Source: Pirellulales bacterium
Lineage (GTDB): Bacteria; Planctomycetota; Planctomycetia; Pirellulales; JAICIG01
Reading direction: 5' to 3'
DNA: 64,000 bases
Assembly: GCA_035531595.1 (NCBI GenBank)
Contig: DATKSN010000114.1
Location: 11,186 to 75,185, forward strand
The translations under genes were made by a program, and so were the position numbers. The stretch's first letter is position 1. Every line of letters begins with the position of its first letter. The notes under the pieces were generated by a model. That model was not told the origin of the DNA, searched no databases, and saw only the letters and a list, made by a program, of their open reading frames with translations. Positions 29,230 to 38,209 of this stretch are shown here, piece after piece.

Positions 29230-30402
29230 CTACCGCACTCGGCAGCGGAAGCGCACGATGCCGCCTTGGCCCGGCTCGAGCGGGTCGCTGATTTCCCAAC
29301 GCAGGATCAACGATTCGCCTTCGTTTTGCTGGTTGGAGAATTCGGCCTTGAGGCTCGATTGAGCGCTGTCGGCGACGTACTCCAAACGGGTCGTGAGGCT
29401 GTCGATGATCACGATGTTGCCCAAGGGCTGAGTGCCGACGTTGTCGAAGCGGAGCGTGAAGTCGATGGTCTCGCCCGGCAGGGCCGTCCGCGTCGAGGCG
29501 ACCTTGATGATCCGCAGTTGCGGCTCGCGGAAATCCTTGACGGTGTACACCTCCTCGACCTGTTCGTCCTTGGCCATTTCGACGGCCGCCTTCTTGTCGA
29601 GCAGCACTTGCACCGCCTGGTCACCGGCCCAGACGATGGCCGCCTGAGTGCCTTCGGCCAGGCGGGCCTTTTCGGCCTGGTCGTACAAGCCCTTCTTGAT
29701 GACGTGCAGGTCTTCAAAGGGCAGGAACGCATCCTGGAAACCAAAGGAGGTGAGCGTATTGGAAACGGCGCCGTCGCCTTGCCGCGTGCGGTAGGCGCCG
29801 GCGATCTTGGTGCCCACGTCGCCGCGGGCCTGCACGCGCTGCAAGCTGGTGGTGGCCTGCTCGATGTCGTCGTGGCGCACCAGGTGCTCGCGGAGCCTCA
29901 CGCCGATCGGCTGGTCGATCTGCTCGCTGGCCAGGAACGTGGTCACGCTCCGCACGGCGCCGAAACGCGGGGCGTAAATATGCACCCGGTTCGATGGCTC
30001 GACCAGCGTGCGGCCGTCGAGCGCGTCGTAGTGGGCCACGGTGTCTTCCAAGTCGAGCCCTTCGACTTGCCAATCGGGCGCGACCACCACGGGCCCCTCG
30101 CGGTCGCCGCCGTCGCGCAGGTACTCATCGTAGGGCCACGGCTGCTTTAACCCCGGCGGTTGCCATGGGTTGACGGGCTCGTACGGCGCGGGCGTGTGGC
30201 TGTAAGCTTCGGGCGGCGGCCCTTCGTCGAAGCCGGGCGGGGGTCCGCCCGTCGAGGCCGTCGCGGGCAAGCCGTCGGGGCCCAAGGGCGAGAGCGGAGG
30301 CCCGCCGGCGCGCGGATTCGACCGGCAGGAACAAAGCAGCAAGGCCGCCAGCATGGCCAACGCGGCTCGCAACGCTGGGGCGGTCGAAATGGCGACTTTC
30401 AT
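29230..30402 (-). CDS. Lipoprotein with a C-terminal DUF11-like (conserved repeat) domain
   Basis: Lipobox LLLCSC. The C-terminal GETIDFTLRFDNVGTQPLGNIVIIDSL...GGIVRFRCRV is DUF11-like. Its ATG overlaps the upstream stop (ATGA). Confidence 0.7.
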   Translation of the reverse strand: MKVAISTAPALRAALAMLAALLLCSCRSNPRAGGPPLSPLGPDGLPATASTGGPPPGFDEGPPPEAYSHTPAPYEPVNPWQPPGLKQPWPYDEYLRDGGDREGPVVVAPDWQVEGLDLEDTVAHYDALDGRTLVEPSNRVHIYAPRFGAVRSVTTFLASEQIDQPIGVRLREHLVRHDDIEQATTSLQRVQARGDVGTKIAGAYRTRQGDGAVSNTLTSFGFQDAFLPFEDLHVIKKGLYDQAEKARLAEGTQAAIVWAGDQAVQVLLDKKAAVEMAKDEQVEEVYTVKDFREPQLRIIKVASTRTALPGETIDFTLRFDNVGTQPLGNIVIIDSLTTRLEYVADSAQSSLKAEFSNQQNEGESLILRWEISDPLEPGQGGIVRFRCRVR

Positions 30403-31223
30403 CGGATGGTACGTCCCCCCGCCGCGCCCCGCCTCGGCCGCGCAGCGCCGCTCGATTCCAGCCCTTTGGGCACGCCTTGAGCCGGCATGCGCGGCCGGAA
30501 CCGTGTGAACGGCGGTGAACCGTGCAGGAAACCATCGTCCGGACCTTCCTCAAGATCGGGCACGCGTCCGCCCATGCGCACGATGGCCATGGGCCGTCCC
30601 CAGTGGTCGGCTTCTTCCAGCGGATTGACGCCCGGCCCCACGTCGAACCAGTCCTGGTCGTCGGGCCGTTCGGCGACCGGCAGTGCGAGGTTGGGGTCTT
30701 CGAGGTACACGACTCGCGTGACGAACTTGCCGTCGAGGGCCAGTTGCAGGTCTTCCTCGGTAAGCTCGATGGGTATCGGAAATCGCCGCCTTTCGCCGTC
30801 CGGCGGATAAAGACGGTCGATGACCTCGATCGTCGGATAGACCTCCAGTCCTTCGTATTGGGAAATGTTCGACACGCGCAGGCGATAAACCGGCGCGATC
30901 AGAAGGCCGACCTGGACCGGCCCGGCTTGCGGTTCGCCGAAATCGCCGTTGACCGCCAGTGAGATGCGGGCTCCCTTGGGTGCCCGGATTTCGACCGGCT
31001 GGAAATATCCAGGCAAAGGTCCACCCCGCTGGAGTCGCTCGCTTCCAATCGCTCCCGGCGGCTCGGTGCCGTCAAAGCGATAGTGGACCTTGGGAGGCTG
31101 GGCCGACAGCGGCAGCGTCGTCCACCCGCTCGCCAGGAACACCATCGCCACGTAGCGGGCGACTTGGGCCCGGCGCCGCGGGTAGGCGGACGCCGGGTTG
31201 CGGGGGTTAGGGACCATGGTCAT
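30399..31223 (-). CDS. Hypothetical exported protein; paralog of 31236-32336
   Basis: Blocks shared with its neighbour: YRLRVSNISQYEGLEVYPTIEV / YRLKLTNIPGREGVELYPTLEI, IELTEEDLQLALDGKFVTRVVYLEDP / MQFTEEDFDQVLSGNFVTKVIYLPDP, and GRPMAIVRMGGR / GAILAIVRMGNK. Confidence 0.65.
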   Translation of the reverse strand: MTMVPNPRNPASAYPRRRAQVARYVAMVFLASGWTTLPLSAQPPKVHYRFDGTEPPGAIGSERLQRGGPLPGYFQPVEIRAPKGARISLAVNGDFGEPQAGPVQVGLLIAPVYRLRVSNISQYEGLEVYPTIEVIDRLYPPDGERRRFPIPIELTEEDLQLALDGKFVTRVVYLEDPNLALPVAERPDDQDWFDVGPGVNPLEEADHWGRPMAIVRMGGRVPDLEEGPDDGFLHGSPPFTRFRPRMPAQGVPKGLESSGAARPRRGAAGGRTIR

Positions 31224-31235
31224 GGACGGAGTTCC

Positions 31236-32336
31236 TCAAGGCGCGCAATCGGTGCATTCATCGGAGGCGGGCGAGGCGACCGTCTGGTGCTTGCTTCGCC
31301 AGGGTGCGCGGAACTTCAAGAGTGGGGTGCGAATCCGCTCGTGGATGTACAGCTTGTGCGGTGGTTTGGGATAACTCATACCCGGCGATTGCTTCACATG
31401 AACGCCGATTTTCTCGACCGGATTGGGAATGCGCATGTTCGTGTGGTTGTGGATGGTGTGCTTCTGCAATCCAGCCGGAATTCCCAGTGGAAGGTGCGGC
31501 GGGCCGGGCAGGCCGATCGGTGTGCCGCTGATCGGCATGCCGTACTGCGGAGCGGTCGCGCCGGCGACCAGGCCGGGCGGCAAGGCCATGCCGTTGCCGT
31601 TCAGTCCGCCGCCATCCGGTCCGCAATAGCCGGCGGCCACGGCGGCGTCGCCGTAGCCGGCGACACCGTCTTCACCGACCACTTCTTCGCCGCCGCCCAC
31701 TTGCAGATCCTTGTTGCCCATGCGAACGATCGCCAGGATCGCGCCCCGGCGGTCGGCCTCGATGATCGGATCGATGCCCGGATCGAGCCGGGTGCTGACC
31801 AACGTGTCGATGCCGGCCAGGGCCAGTTCCTGGAACTCCGGGTCGGGCAGGTAGATGACCTTGGTGACGAAGTTGCCCGACAACACCTGGTCGAAGTCCT
31901 CTTCCGTGAACTGCATCGGGATGGCGTTGTGCGCCAGGTAGGCCTCGGTTCGCGGCAACGCGGGCCCGATCTCAAGCGTCGGATAAAGCTCGACGCCCTC
32001 GCGGCCGGGGATATTGGTGAGCTTCAGCCGGTAGATCGCACCCTGCGGAAAGTTGAAACGACCGGGGCAGATCAGCGGCTCGACATCGAACTGTCCGGGT
32101 CCGATTTCCCAGGTGACGATCATCCCATCCGGTCCGGCAAAAATGATCTGCGACCTGGCGCCGGGCATGGGTTGCACGCCGCCCGGCTCGCCCAACATCA
32201 TCACGCCCGGCCCAGGGCCATCGACTCCGGGTCCGGGGTGCATAATTTGCTGCGCGGGCGGTAGATTGTTCGTGAATGGCGATTTGCAGCCGACAATGGC
32301 CACCACAATGCTCAGTAGGGTCAGCGGGTACTTCAT
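31236..32336 (-). CDS. Hypothetical lipoprotein; paralog of 30399-31223
   Basis: Start set at MKYPLTLLSIVVAIVGC (lipobox, GGGGGA upstream). The paralogous blocks are listed under 30399-31223. Confidence 0.65.
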   Translation of the reverse strand: MKYPLTLLSIVVAIVGCKSPFTNNLPPAQQIMHPGPGVDGPGPGVMMLGEPGGVQPMPGARSQIIFAGPDGMIVTWEIGPGQFDVEPLICPGRFNFPQGAIYRLKLTNIPGREGVELYPTLEIGPALPRTEAYLAHNAIPMQFTEEDFDQVLSGNFVTKVIYLPDPEFQELALAGIDTLVSTRLDPGIDPIIEADRRGAILAIVRMGNKDLQVGGGEEVVGEDGVAGYGDAAVAAGYCGPDGGGLNGNGMALPPGLVAGATAPQYGMPISGTPIGLPGPPHLPLGIPAGLQKHTIHNHTNMRIPNPVEKIGVHVKQSPGMSYPKPPHKLYIHERIRTPLLKFRAPWRSKHQTVASPASDECTDCAP

Positions 32337-32539
32337 CGAATCCCCCTCGGATCGGTCCAGACGCGCCTCGGGCCGTGGCCCGCGGACGCTTCTGGTGGTT
32401 GGTTTCCTGCGGCCGCGCGGACGGCCACATGTGGCGAAACATTGGCGTGGCTGGTTTGCCGCCGCCAACCTATAATTACCCAAGTAATTGGTCGGTTTGG
32501 TAGATCTCGATTCTTTGGCAAATCCGGCAGAACCCTAAG

Positions 32540-33439
32540 ATGAGCTACCTCTCCCCCAGATTCGCGGCCGCCGGGGCTTTGGGCCGTTGGCGTGGTCTGC
32601 TCGGCCTCGCGATCCTGGTTTTGGCGGCGTGCAAGGCACGCGCCGAAGAGTCCGCGGCGCACAAGCTGCTTCGCGATGCCCGTACCGCCCTCGATTCGCA
32701 CCAATGGGTTTCCGCTAAAATCCATCAGCAAATCGACTTGTACGAGCAGCAGTTGATCGGAAACGGCACCTACCGACAGGGGCCGCCCGAGAGCCATTGG
32801 ATGCTGCTGGACTTGAAGGTCAAAATGGGCGGTACGAATTGGTTCGTGCAAGAACGGTGCGACGGCGAGTCACACTGGCAAATCCGGACCCAGGGAGCGA
32901 CACGCACGGAATTGTCACGCATCGACATCACGCGCTTGCGCAAGGCCCGCGACGATTGGCAGGCGGCGCACGGCAATGCTCCCCATCTGGGCTTGGGTGG
33001 TTTACCGAAGCTGTTGGGCGCGCTGGATCAGGCATTCGAGTTCAAAACGGTCAGCAATGCGACGCTGGCCCGGCAGCCGGTTTACGCCTTGAGGGGACAA
33101 TGGCGGCCTGAGCGGCTGGCGAAATGGCTACCCGAACAGAAAGACGCGATCGTCGCCGGCCGTCCGGTCGATCTGCGCCAATTGCCCCCCCCGATACCCG
33201 ACCACGTATTCGTGTTGCTCGGCCGCGACGATCTGTTTCCGTACCGCATTGAATACGGACGCGACGATTCACCCATAGCGGGTAAATCGCGTATCCTGGT
33301 GGCCATGAACCTCGACGAGGTCGCGTTCGACGAGCCGGTCGAAGCGCGCGAATTCATGTTCGATCCGGGCGCCGCGCCGGTGATCGACCTGACGGAGATC
33401 TATCTGCAAAAGCTCGCCTTGCCGCCCAAGCCACGCTGA
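32540..33439 (+). CDS. Hypothetical secreted protein
   Basis: Signal-like LLGLAILVLAACKARA. 299 aa. No family recognised. Confidence 0.6.
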   Translation: MSYLSPRFAAAGALGRWRGLLGLAILVLAACKARAEESAAHKLLRDARTALDSHQWVSAKIHQQIDLYEQQLIGNGTYRQGPPESHWMLLDLKVKMGGTNWFVQERCDGESHWQIRTQGATRTELSRIDITRLRKARDDWQAAHGNAPHLGLGGLPKLLGALDQAFEFKTVSNATLARQPVYALRGQWRPERLAKWLPEQKDAIVAGRPVDLRQLPPPIPDHVFVLLGRDDLFPYRIEYGRDDSPIAGKSRILVAMNLDEVAFDEPVEAREFMFDPGAAPVIDLTEIYLQKLALPPKPR

Positions 33440-33560
33440 ATCACTTTGCGGGATCTGCGGCCCTGGCTGACTGTTCCGGCGGTCCAGCTTGCACTGAAGA
33501 AGAACGGCCTGGCGGCTCGATCCGTAACCGAGGAAATGTCGTTTTGCCCCTATCCCAGAA

Positions 33561-33584
33561 CCGCCCGGCAGGCGGGATGCGTAC
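33561..33584. repeat. Palindromic element CCGCCCGGCAGGCGGGATGCGTAC nested in a 12-bp inverted repeat
   Basis: Reverse complement of the element at 16853-16876, flanked by cctatcccagaa / ttctgggatagg (about 33549-33611). Confidence 0.5.
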
Positions 33585-33635
33585 ATCACAACGGGCGCTT
33601 CTGGGATAGGCCCTTAGCCCGCGGAGGACCGGCAC

Positions 33636-33971
33636 ATGAGCTTGTTCCACTCCTTGTTTGGCTTCTGGAATGCCCCGTCGCCCACCGAACTGGCGAGGCA
33701 AGTCGCCCAGCGTAGCTACGCCCTGGTGCGTGACTTGGTCGAGGGGCGCACATGGGCCATGAGCCGCGCGGAAGCACGCGGCTACGTGCGGGCAAAGGCC
33801 GGCCCGGTGATCCGCGCCGAGATCGCGGCCCTGATCCAGCGCTCCGGGCGTTTGGGCGAGCACGGTCAGTCGTCGGTGTTCGCGCTGGCCAGCGACCGCG
33901 TCATTCAATCGGTGCTGGCCGACATCGGACGTGAACAGGCGCGGCAACGCGACGCGAAACGCGCGGCGTAG
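33636..33971 (+). CDS. Hypothetical protein
   Basis: 111-aa ORF with GGAGGA upstream. No family recognised. Confidence 0.45.
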   Translation: MSLFHSLFGFWNAPSPTELARQVAQRSYALVRDLVEGRTWAMSRAEARGYVRAKAGPVIRAEIAALIQRSGRLGEHGQSSVFALASDRVIQSVLADIGREQARQRDAKRAA

Positions 33972-34011
33972 TTGCGAGCCATGGTAACTTGGCTAAGTAA
34001 CAGCAAGGTGG

Positions 34012-34341
34012 TTATTTCTTCGCCTTCGTCGCGGGGATCTCCAACCGGCAGCAGCCGAAATCGAGGTGCTCGGCCTTGCCGGACTTGGTTTCGGACTGGA
34101 ACACGTCGGGATGCAGCCGGTAGATGATGAATCGGCCTTGCCGCTCGTCGAGCGCAATGCCCGCGTTGCGCAGGACGCCGAGGTGGTGCGAAACATTGAC
34201 GATCTCTTCGCCCAGTTCCGCGGCGATCTCGCCCACGTTCTTGGGGCCCACGCGGAGGCACTGCACGATCTTGAGCCGATCGGGATCGGCCACCGCCTTC
34301 AGCAAACGGGCGCAACGATCGGGTTCAAGGTCGTCTGTCAT
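34012..34341 (-). CDS. ArsR/SmtB family transcriptional regulator
   Basis: LLKAVADPDRLKIVQCLRVGPKNVGEIAAELGEEIVNVSHHLGVLRNAGI is the ArsR winged-helix signature. Confidence 0.9.
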   Translation of the reverse strand: MTDDLEPDRCARLLKAVADPDRLKIVQCLRVGPKNVGEIAAELGEEIVNVSHHLGVLRNAGIALDERQGRFIIYRLHPDVFQSETKSGKAEHLDFGCCRLEIPATKAKK

Positions 34342-34365
34342 GCCGGCAGCCAGCGATTGTTTTTG

Positions 34366-35238
34366 TCAACGGGTCTCGCCGCGTCCCGTTGGAAATGTGA
34401 TACCGCCGCGGCGACCCTCATCATAAGCGGCAGCCGGCTTGGCCGACAACGGCTGGCTCGTGATGGCCAGCACTTCATCGCGCACGCGGCCGTTGGTGGC
34501 CACGGCCTCGGCGCCATGGATCGTGGGCCGTCCTTGCCAGTCGGTGAATGTGCCGCCGGCCTCCTCCAACAGCGGCTGCAAGGCGGCGCAGTCCCAGACG
34601 TTCATCTTGGGGTCGACCATCGCCTCGGCACGCCCCGTGGCGACCAAGAGGTAGCCGTAGCCGTCGCCCCAGGTGCGGCTCAGCCGGCTGGCGGCTTGCA
34701 AGCGTTCGTAGGCCTCGCGCCGGCCGGTGGCGTCGAACGTCTTGATCTCCGACGTGCAGAACAGCCCTTCGGCCAGCGTGGCTTTGGTCGAAACGCGCGC
34801 CGGCAGCGGCGCCGCGCCGGCGCGCGCGAACCAGGCTCCTAGCCCGACCGCCGCGTAGCCGGTTTCGTCGAGCGCCGGAATATGGACCACGCCGACCACG
34901 CACTTGCCCTCGTACTCGACGCCGATGAGCGTCGAGTAAAGCGGCACGCCGGAAATGAACGATTTGGTGCCGTCAATCGGGTCGAGGATCCAACGAAAAC
35001 CCGAACGGCCCGGCCGGTCGGCCAGTTCCTCGCCCAGGATCGCGTCATCGGGAAAGGCGGCGGCGATCCGCAGGCGGAGATGCTGCTCCGCTTCGCGATC
35101 GGCCACGGTCACGGGCGATTGGTCGTGTTTCAACTCGACGGCGTAGTTGCCGTGGCGGAAATAGCCCAGCGTGATCGCGCCGGCTTCACGGGCGGCCGTC
35201 AAGGCCAGGTCCAGGCGTGGGGTCAGGTCATGGGTCAT
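34366..35238 (-). CDS. Inositol monophosphatase family protein (HisN/SuhB-like)
   Basis: SPVTVADREAE...ILGEE...WILDPIDGTKSF are the IMPase metal-binding motifs. About 30 extra C-terminal residues look low-complexity. Confidence 0.85.
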   Translation of the reverse strand: MTHDLTPRLDLALTAAREAGAITLGYFRHGNYAVELKHDQSPVTVADREAEQHLRLRIAAAFPDDAILGEELADRPGRSGFRWILDPIDGTKSFISGVPLYSTLIGVEYEGKCVVGVVHIPALDETGYAAVGLGAWFARAGAAPLPARVSTKATLAEGLFCTSEIKTFDATGRREAYERLQAASRLSRTWGDGYGYLLVATGRAEAMVDPKMNVWDCAALQPLLEEAGGTFTDWQGRPTIHGAEAVATNGRVRDEVLAITSQPLSAKPAAAYDEGRRGGITFPTGRGETR

Positions 35239-35357
35239 GGGTCATATTGCGGAGCGTGAGGCGAAATTGTAATGTCAGTATTCATGGGATGGTTGTTCCA
35301 CTTGAGTCTAACCGGCTGGCCTTGCCACGACCAGCCATTTGAGGAAAGGTTGCGATC

Positions 35358-35639
35358 GTGGGCGCGATCTTCGATAAGATTCGCGAGGCGGTAGCCGATG
35401 GCCGTTATGTTGTTTCATGGCACGCGGACGAGCGTTGTGAAGAACGCGAAGTAACCGATTGGCAACTTGTTGCGGGGGTCGATGACGCAGAGTTGGTCCG
35501 AGAACGACCGGCTAGCAAACCAAATCCATCGATCGTGGTGCGGCAGGTCTTGCAGGACGGTTCCGAGGTTGAGGTCATTTGGTCTTGGATGGCGCAGAGT
35601 CGCCGTGCGAAACTCGTCACAGTTTATTTTTCGGATTGA
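35358..35639 (+). CDS. DUF4258 domain-containing protein (putative RelE/BrnT-like toxin fold)
   Basis: IREAVADGRYVVSWHADERCEEREVTDWQLVAGV...VVRQVLQDGSEVEVIW fits the DUF4258 pattern. Confidence 0.65.
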   Translation: MGAIFDKIREAVADGRYVVSWHADERCEEREVTDWQLVAGVDDAELVRERPASKPNPSIVVRQVLQDGSEVEVIWSWMAQSRRAKLVTVYFSD

Positions 35640-35642
35640 GCC

Positions 35643-35861
35643 ATGAGTGAGCGACGCGAAAAACGCAAGCGATGGGTTCAACGCGGGCAATATGCCGTGG
35701 AGGTTGAAATTGAAGTGGTCTATCCAGACGACGATCCCAGTGATGCGTGTCTGGAGCCCACCACGATCCGCTGGCTTGATGAAATCGCACGGCGAGCCGA
35801 GACCGGAGATGTCGATTACCTTCGCAGTGTCGGACGCGTCTTCCAAGCGGTGGCGCCCTAG
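35643..35861 (+). CDS. Small hypothetical protein, possible cognate partner of DUF4258
   Basis: 72-aa acidic ORF that starts 3 nt after the DUF4258 stop. Its stop abuts the next ORF. Confidence 0.45.
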   Translation: MSERREKRKRWVQRGQYAVEVEIEVVYPDDDPSDACLEPTTIRWLDEIARRAETGDVDYLRSVGRVFQAVAP

Positions 35862-35873
35862 TTGACGTTTGAC

Positions 35874-36467
35874 ATGGCTCGGCAAGAGAACGATCGCGAA
35901 GATTTGTTGGCCGAAGCGACGGCGCTGGTCGAGCGCGTCGAGTTGGCCGTGGTCGGCTGCGAGCAGACCGTCGTCGCTGGTTTCCGCCGCGACGGTTCGG
36001 CGAGTCTTTATTTTGGCCCCGAACCGGCTTACCACTTCAATTCGCTGGACGAGCTGCGCCGCGGATACGTCGAGGGGCTGCTTTACAAGGCGGAGCGAAT
36101 TGCCGGGACGACACAGGTTGCTGGGTCCGTACAGGTTGCTGGGTCCGTACAGGTTGCTGGATCCATACAGGTTGCTGGATCCGTACAGGTTGCTGGATCC
36201 GTACAGGGCCGGCTGGTTTCGCTGCAGCGGCGCCGCGCGGCGGGCGAGGTTCAGCTCCTGCGACACGACCTGACCGTCGACGAGACCAGCCGCTTTCTCG
36301 ACGCGCTGGCCGGCCGGCTCAGCGACCTCCGACAGGCGCTCGATCAAGGCCGATATCAGATCGTCGGCCAGGTGCCCGCCGACGCGAACGTGATCGAGCG
36401 CCTGCGTCATTGGCTCGGACGCCTGCCCGCGCCGATCGCCGTCGCCTCTTCGCCGCGCGTGCGGTAA
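35874..36467 (+). CDS. Hypothetical protein with a (VQVAGS)5 repeat
   Basis: ORF with ATG at 35874 (the ORF track gives an alternative TTG at 35862). No family recognised. Confidence 0.5.
   Translation: MARQENDREDLLAEATALVERVELAVVGCEQTVVAGFRRDGSASLYFGPEPAYHFNSLDELRRGYVEGLLYKAERIAGTTQVAGSVQVAGSVQVAGSIQVAGSVQVAGSVQGRLVSLQRRRAAGEVQLLRHDLTVDETSRFLDALAGRLSDLRQALDQGRYQIVGQVPADANVIERLRHWLGRLPAPIAVASSPRVR
36114..36203. repeat. 18-bp in-frame tandem repeat, 5 units
   Basis: caggttgctgg(g/a)tcc(g/a)ta repeated 5 times, tiling 36114-36203. Confidence 0.9.
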
Positions 36468-36502
36468 ACACGTCTTGACTTCAAAATCGACCGGCGTCTA
36501 AA

Positions 36503-37468
36503 TTGTCGGTTTGTCCAGCCCATTTCGAGTGGGGGATTCCCGTGAAACCGGAACTCGTTCGATTCTCGACGCACCCAGGTTCATTCCGGGTGCATGCCAA
36601 CCATTGCACGAACCCCGAATGCGACTGTACCGAGTTGAGGTTCGCGTTGCGGCAAGACGCGGAGGAAGGCGAAACCGGTTCGGAAGGCTTGCGATTGCTG
36701 CTACGAATCGACAGCGAAACCTGGGAGGAGATCGAGCCGCCGTCGCGGCCGGCGCCGATGGCCCTCTTGGTCCGGGAGTTCCTCGACGACTACCCGCCAC
36801 GCGAGAAGCAGGCGCTACGGAACCGCTGCCAGTCGAAGAAGCGGGCGGCGCGGCGCATGCGACAGTACCGCTTCGATTCGAACTCGATCGCGAACGGAAA
36901 GCTCGTCGCCTTCGGCGAGATACTCGCGGATCGTCGCGCCGAGGGAGCCGCCTTGGCGTACTACGCCTATGAGATCGAGCACCAGGGCACTCAATACATC
37001 GTTGACGACCTTTATTGTCCGAATCCCGACTGTAACTGCCGCGAAGTCCGACTGATCTTCATTCGCTGCATGCCTCCCAGCGGTCCTGACGAGGTGAAAA
37101 CCGCCGAGGACCATTTCCTGGCGACGATGCCCCTTGCGGGTCGGCCGAAGGTAACGGAGTGCTACGCATGCGCGCTCGAGGAGGCGAAGGCGATTCTCGC
37201 CGCCTGGTGGGACCGCCATCACGACCGCCTCCGCGACCACACATGGCGATACGACAAGGTCAAGGAAATCGCGCGCCGCGGCCCGTCGCGGTTGGAAGAC
37301 CGGTGGTCGCGGCTTGAATTGCCGTCCGAGGAACCGGAGCCCGAGACCCACGTCAGCCGCGCGGGCCGCAACGACCCTTGTCCCTGCGGCAGCGGCAAGA
37401 AGTTCAAGAAGTGTTGCGGGCAAAAGAGCGGTATCGCCGGCGATCTCGAAGCGAGCGAACTCGAATAG
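36503..37468 (+). CDS. SEC-C metal-binding motif protein with two CxNPxCxC elements
   Basis: C-terminal [19 protein letters not shown] (SEC-C motif). Internal [10 protein letters not shown] and [14 protein letters not shown] at 36542 is an alternative start. Confidence 0.7.
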
Positions 37469-37640
37469 CCTGCGATCATCAGCTTCATTTTCGTCGAACG
37501 ACTGTCCGCCGCAGCCAGCCAAGGTCGCGGAACATTACAATGCCGTCGAACCGCAAAACGGCTCCTGGTTTACGGTAACAGGGCAACAACCTTGACTGTT
37601 ATGCACTTCGCTATACCATGAGCGGTGGAGGATCCATACC

Positions 37641-37946
37641 ATGGCCAAGCCCCGCGGCAACGGTCGAGCGAAAAAAGCCGGTTCGTCGACGACCTTGATG
37701 GTCCGGTTGGACTCGGATAGCAAAGACTGTCTGGTCCGGGCCGCCCATTTACGGCGGATCAGTGTCAGCGACTACGTGCGCGCGGTCACGGTCGCACAGG
37801 CAAGAAGGGAAGCGTTGGCTGCCGAGGAGCAGGTCATCGCCCTGACGCCGGAGGAGCAGTTGGCGTTCTGGGAGGCGCTGAACCGCCCCGTCGAATTGAC
37901 CTCCGCTCAGAAGCGGCTCGGCGCCCTGGTGCGAGGCGAGGCGTGA
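37641..37946 (+). CDS. DUF1778 (TacA-type, RHH) antitoxin
   Basis: TTLMVRLDSDSKDCLVRAAHLRRISVSDYVRAVTVAQARR...LTPEEQLAFWEALN is the DUF1778 pattern. Confidence 0.8.
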   Translation: MAKPRGNGRAKKAGSSTTLMVRLDSDSKDCLVRAAHLRRISVSDYVRAVTVAQARREALAAEEQVIALTPEEQLAFWEALNRPVELTSAQKRLGALVRGEA

Positions 37947-38209
37947 AGTGCGTTCTGCTTCCGGCCGGCTTTTGTTTTGAGCGCCTCCGCCGAGCCCATC
38001 CGCGCAAGACATTTCGCTCGGGCCAAGAACAAGTGGACCACTGGTTGGCGCTTGTTCTTGAGCGCGCAGCGCCTCGCAGCAATGCTGACACCCGTAGACG
38101 AAATTATCTGACCGTGACACCCCAGACTGGAATCTTCACGCCCGTATGCGGTACACTAGACACCGGCGACCAAACCATCCGCGCCGGCCGTGACGATCCG
38201 CGGCCATGA
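37943..38209 (+). pseudogene. Remnant of the cognate GNAT (TacT-like) toxin; only the N-terminal ~35 aa are recognisable
   Basis: FERLRRAHPRKTFRSGQEQVDHWLAL fits the TacT N-terminal pattern (L..H....F.CG...LD.WL). No acetyl-CoA-binding core follows. The ORF is 88 aa, against roughly 160-175 aa expected. Confidence 0.5.
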
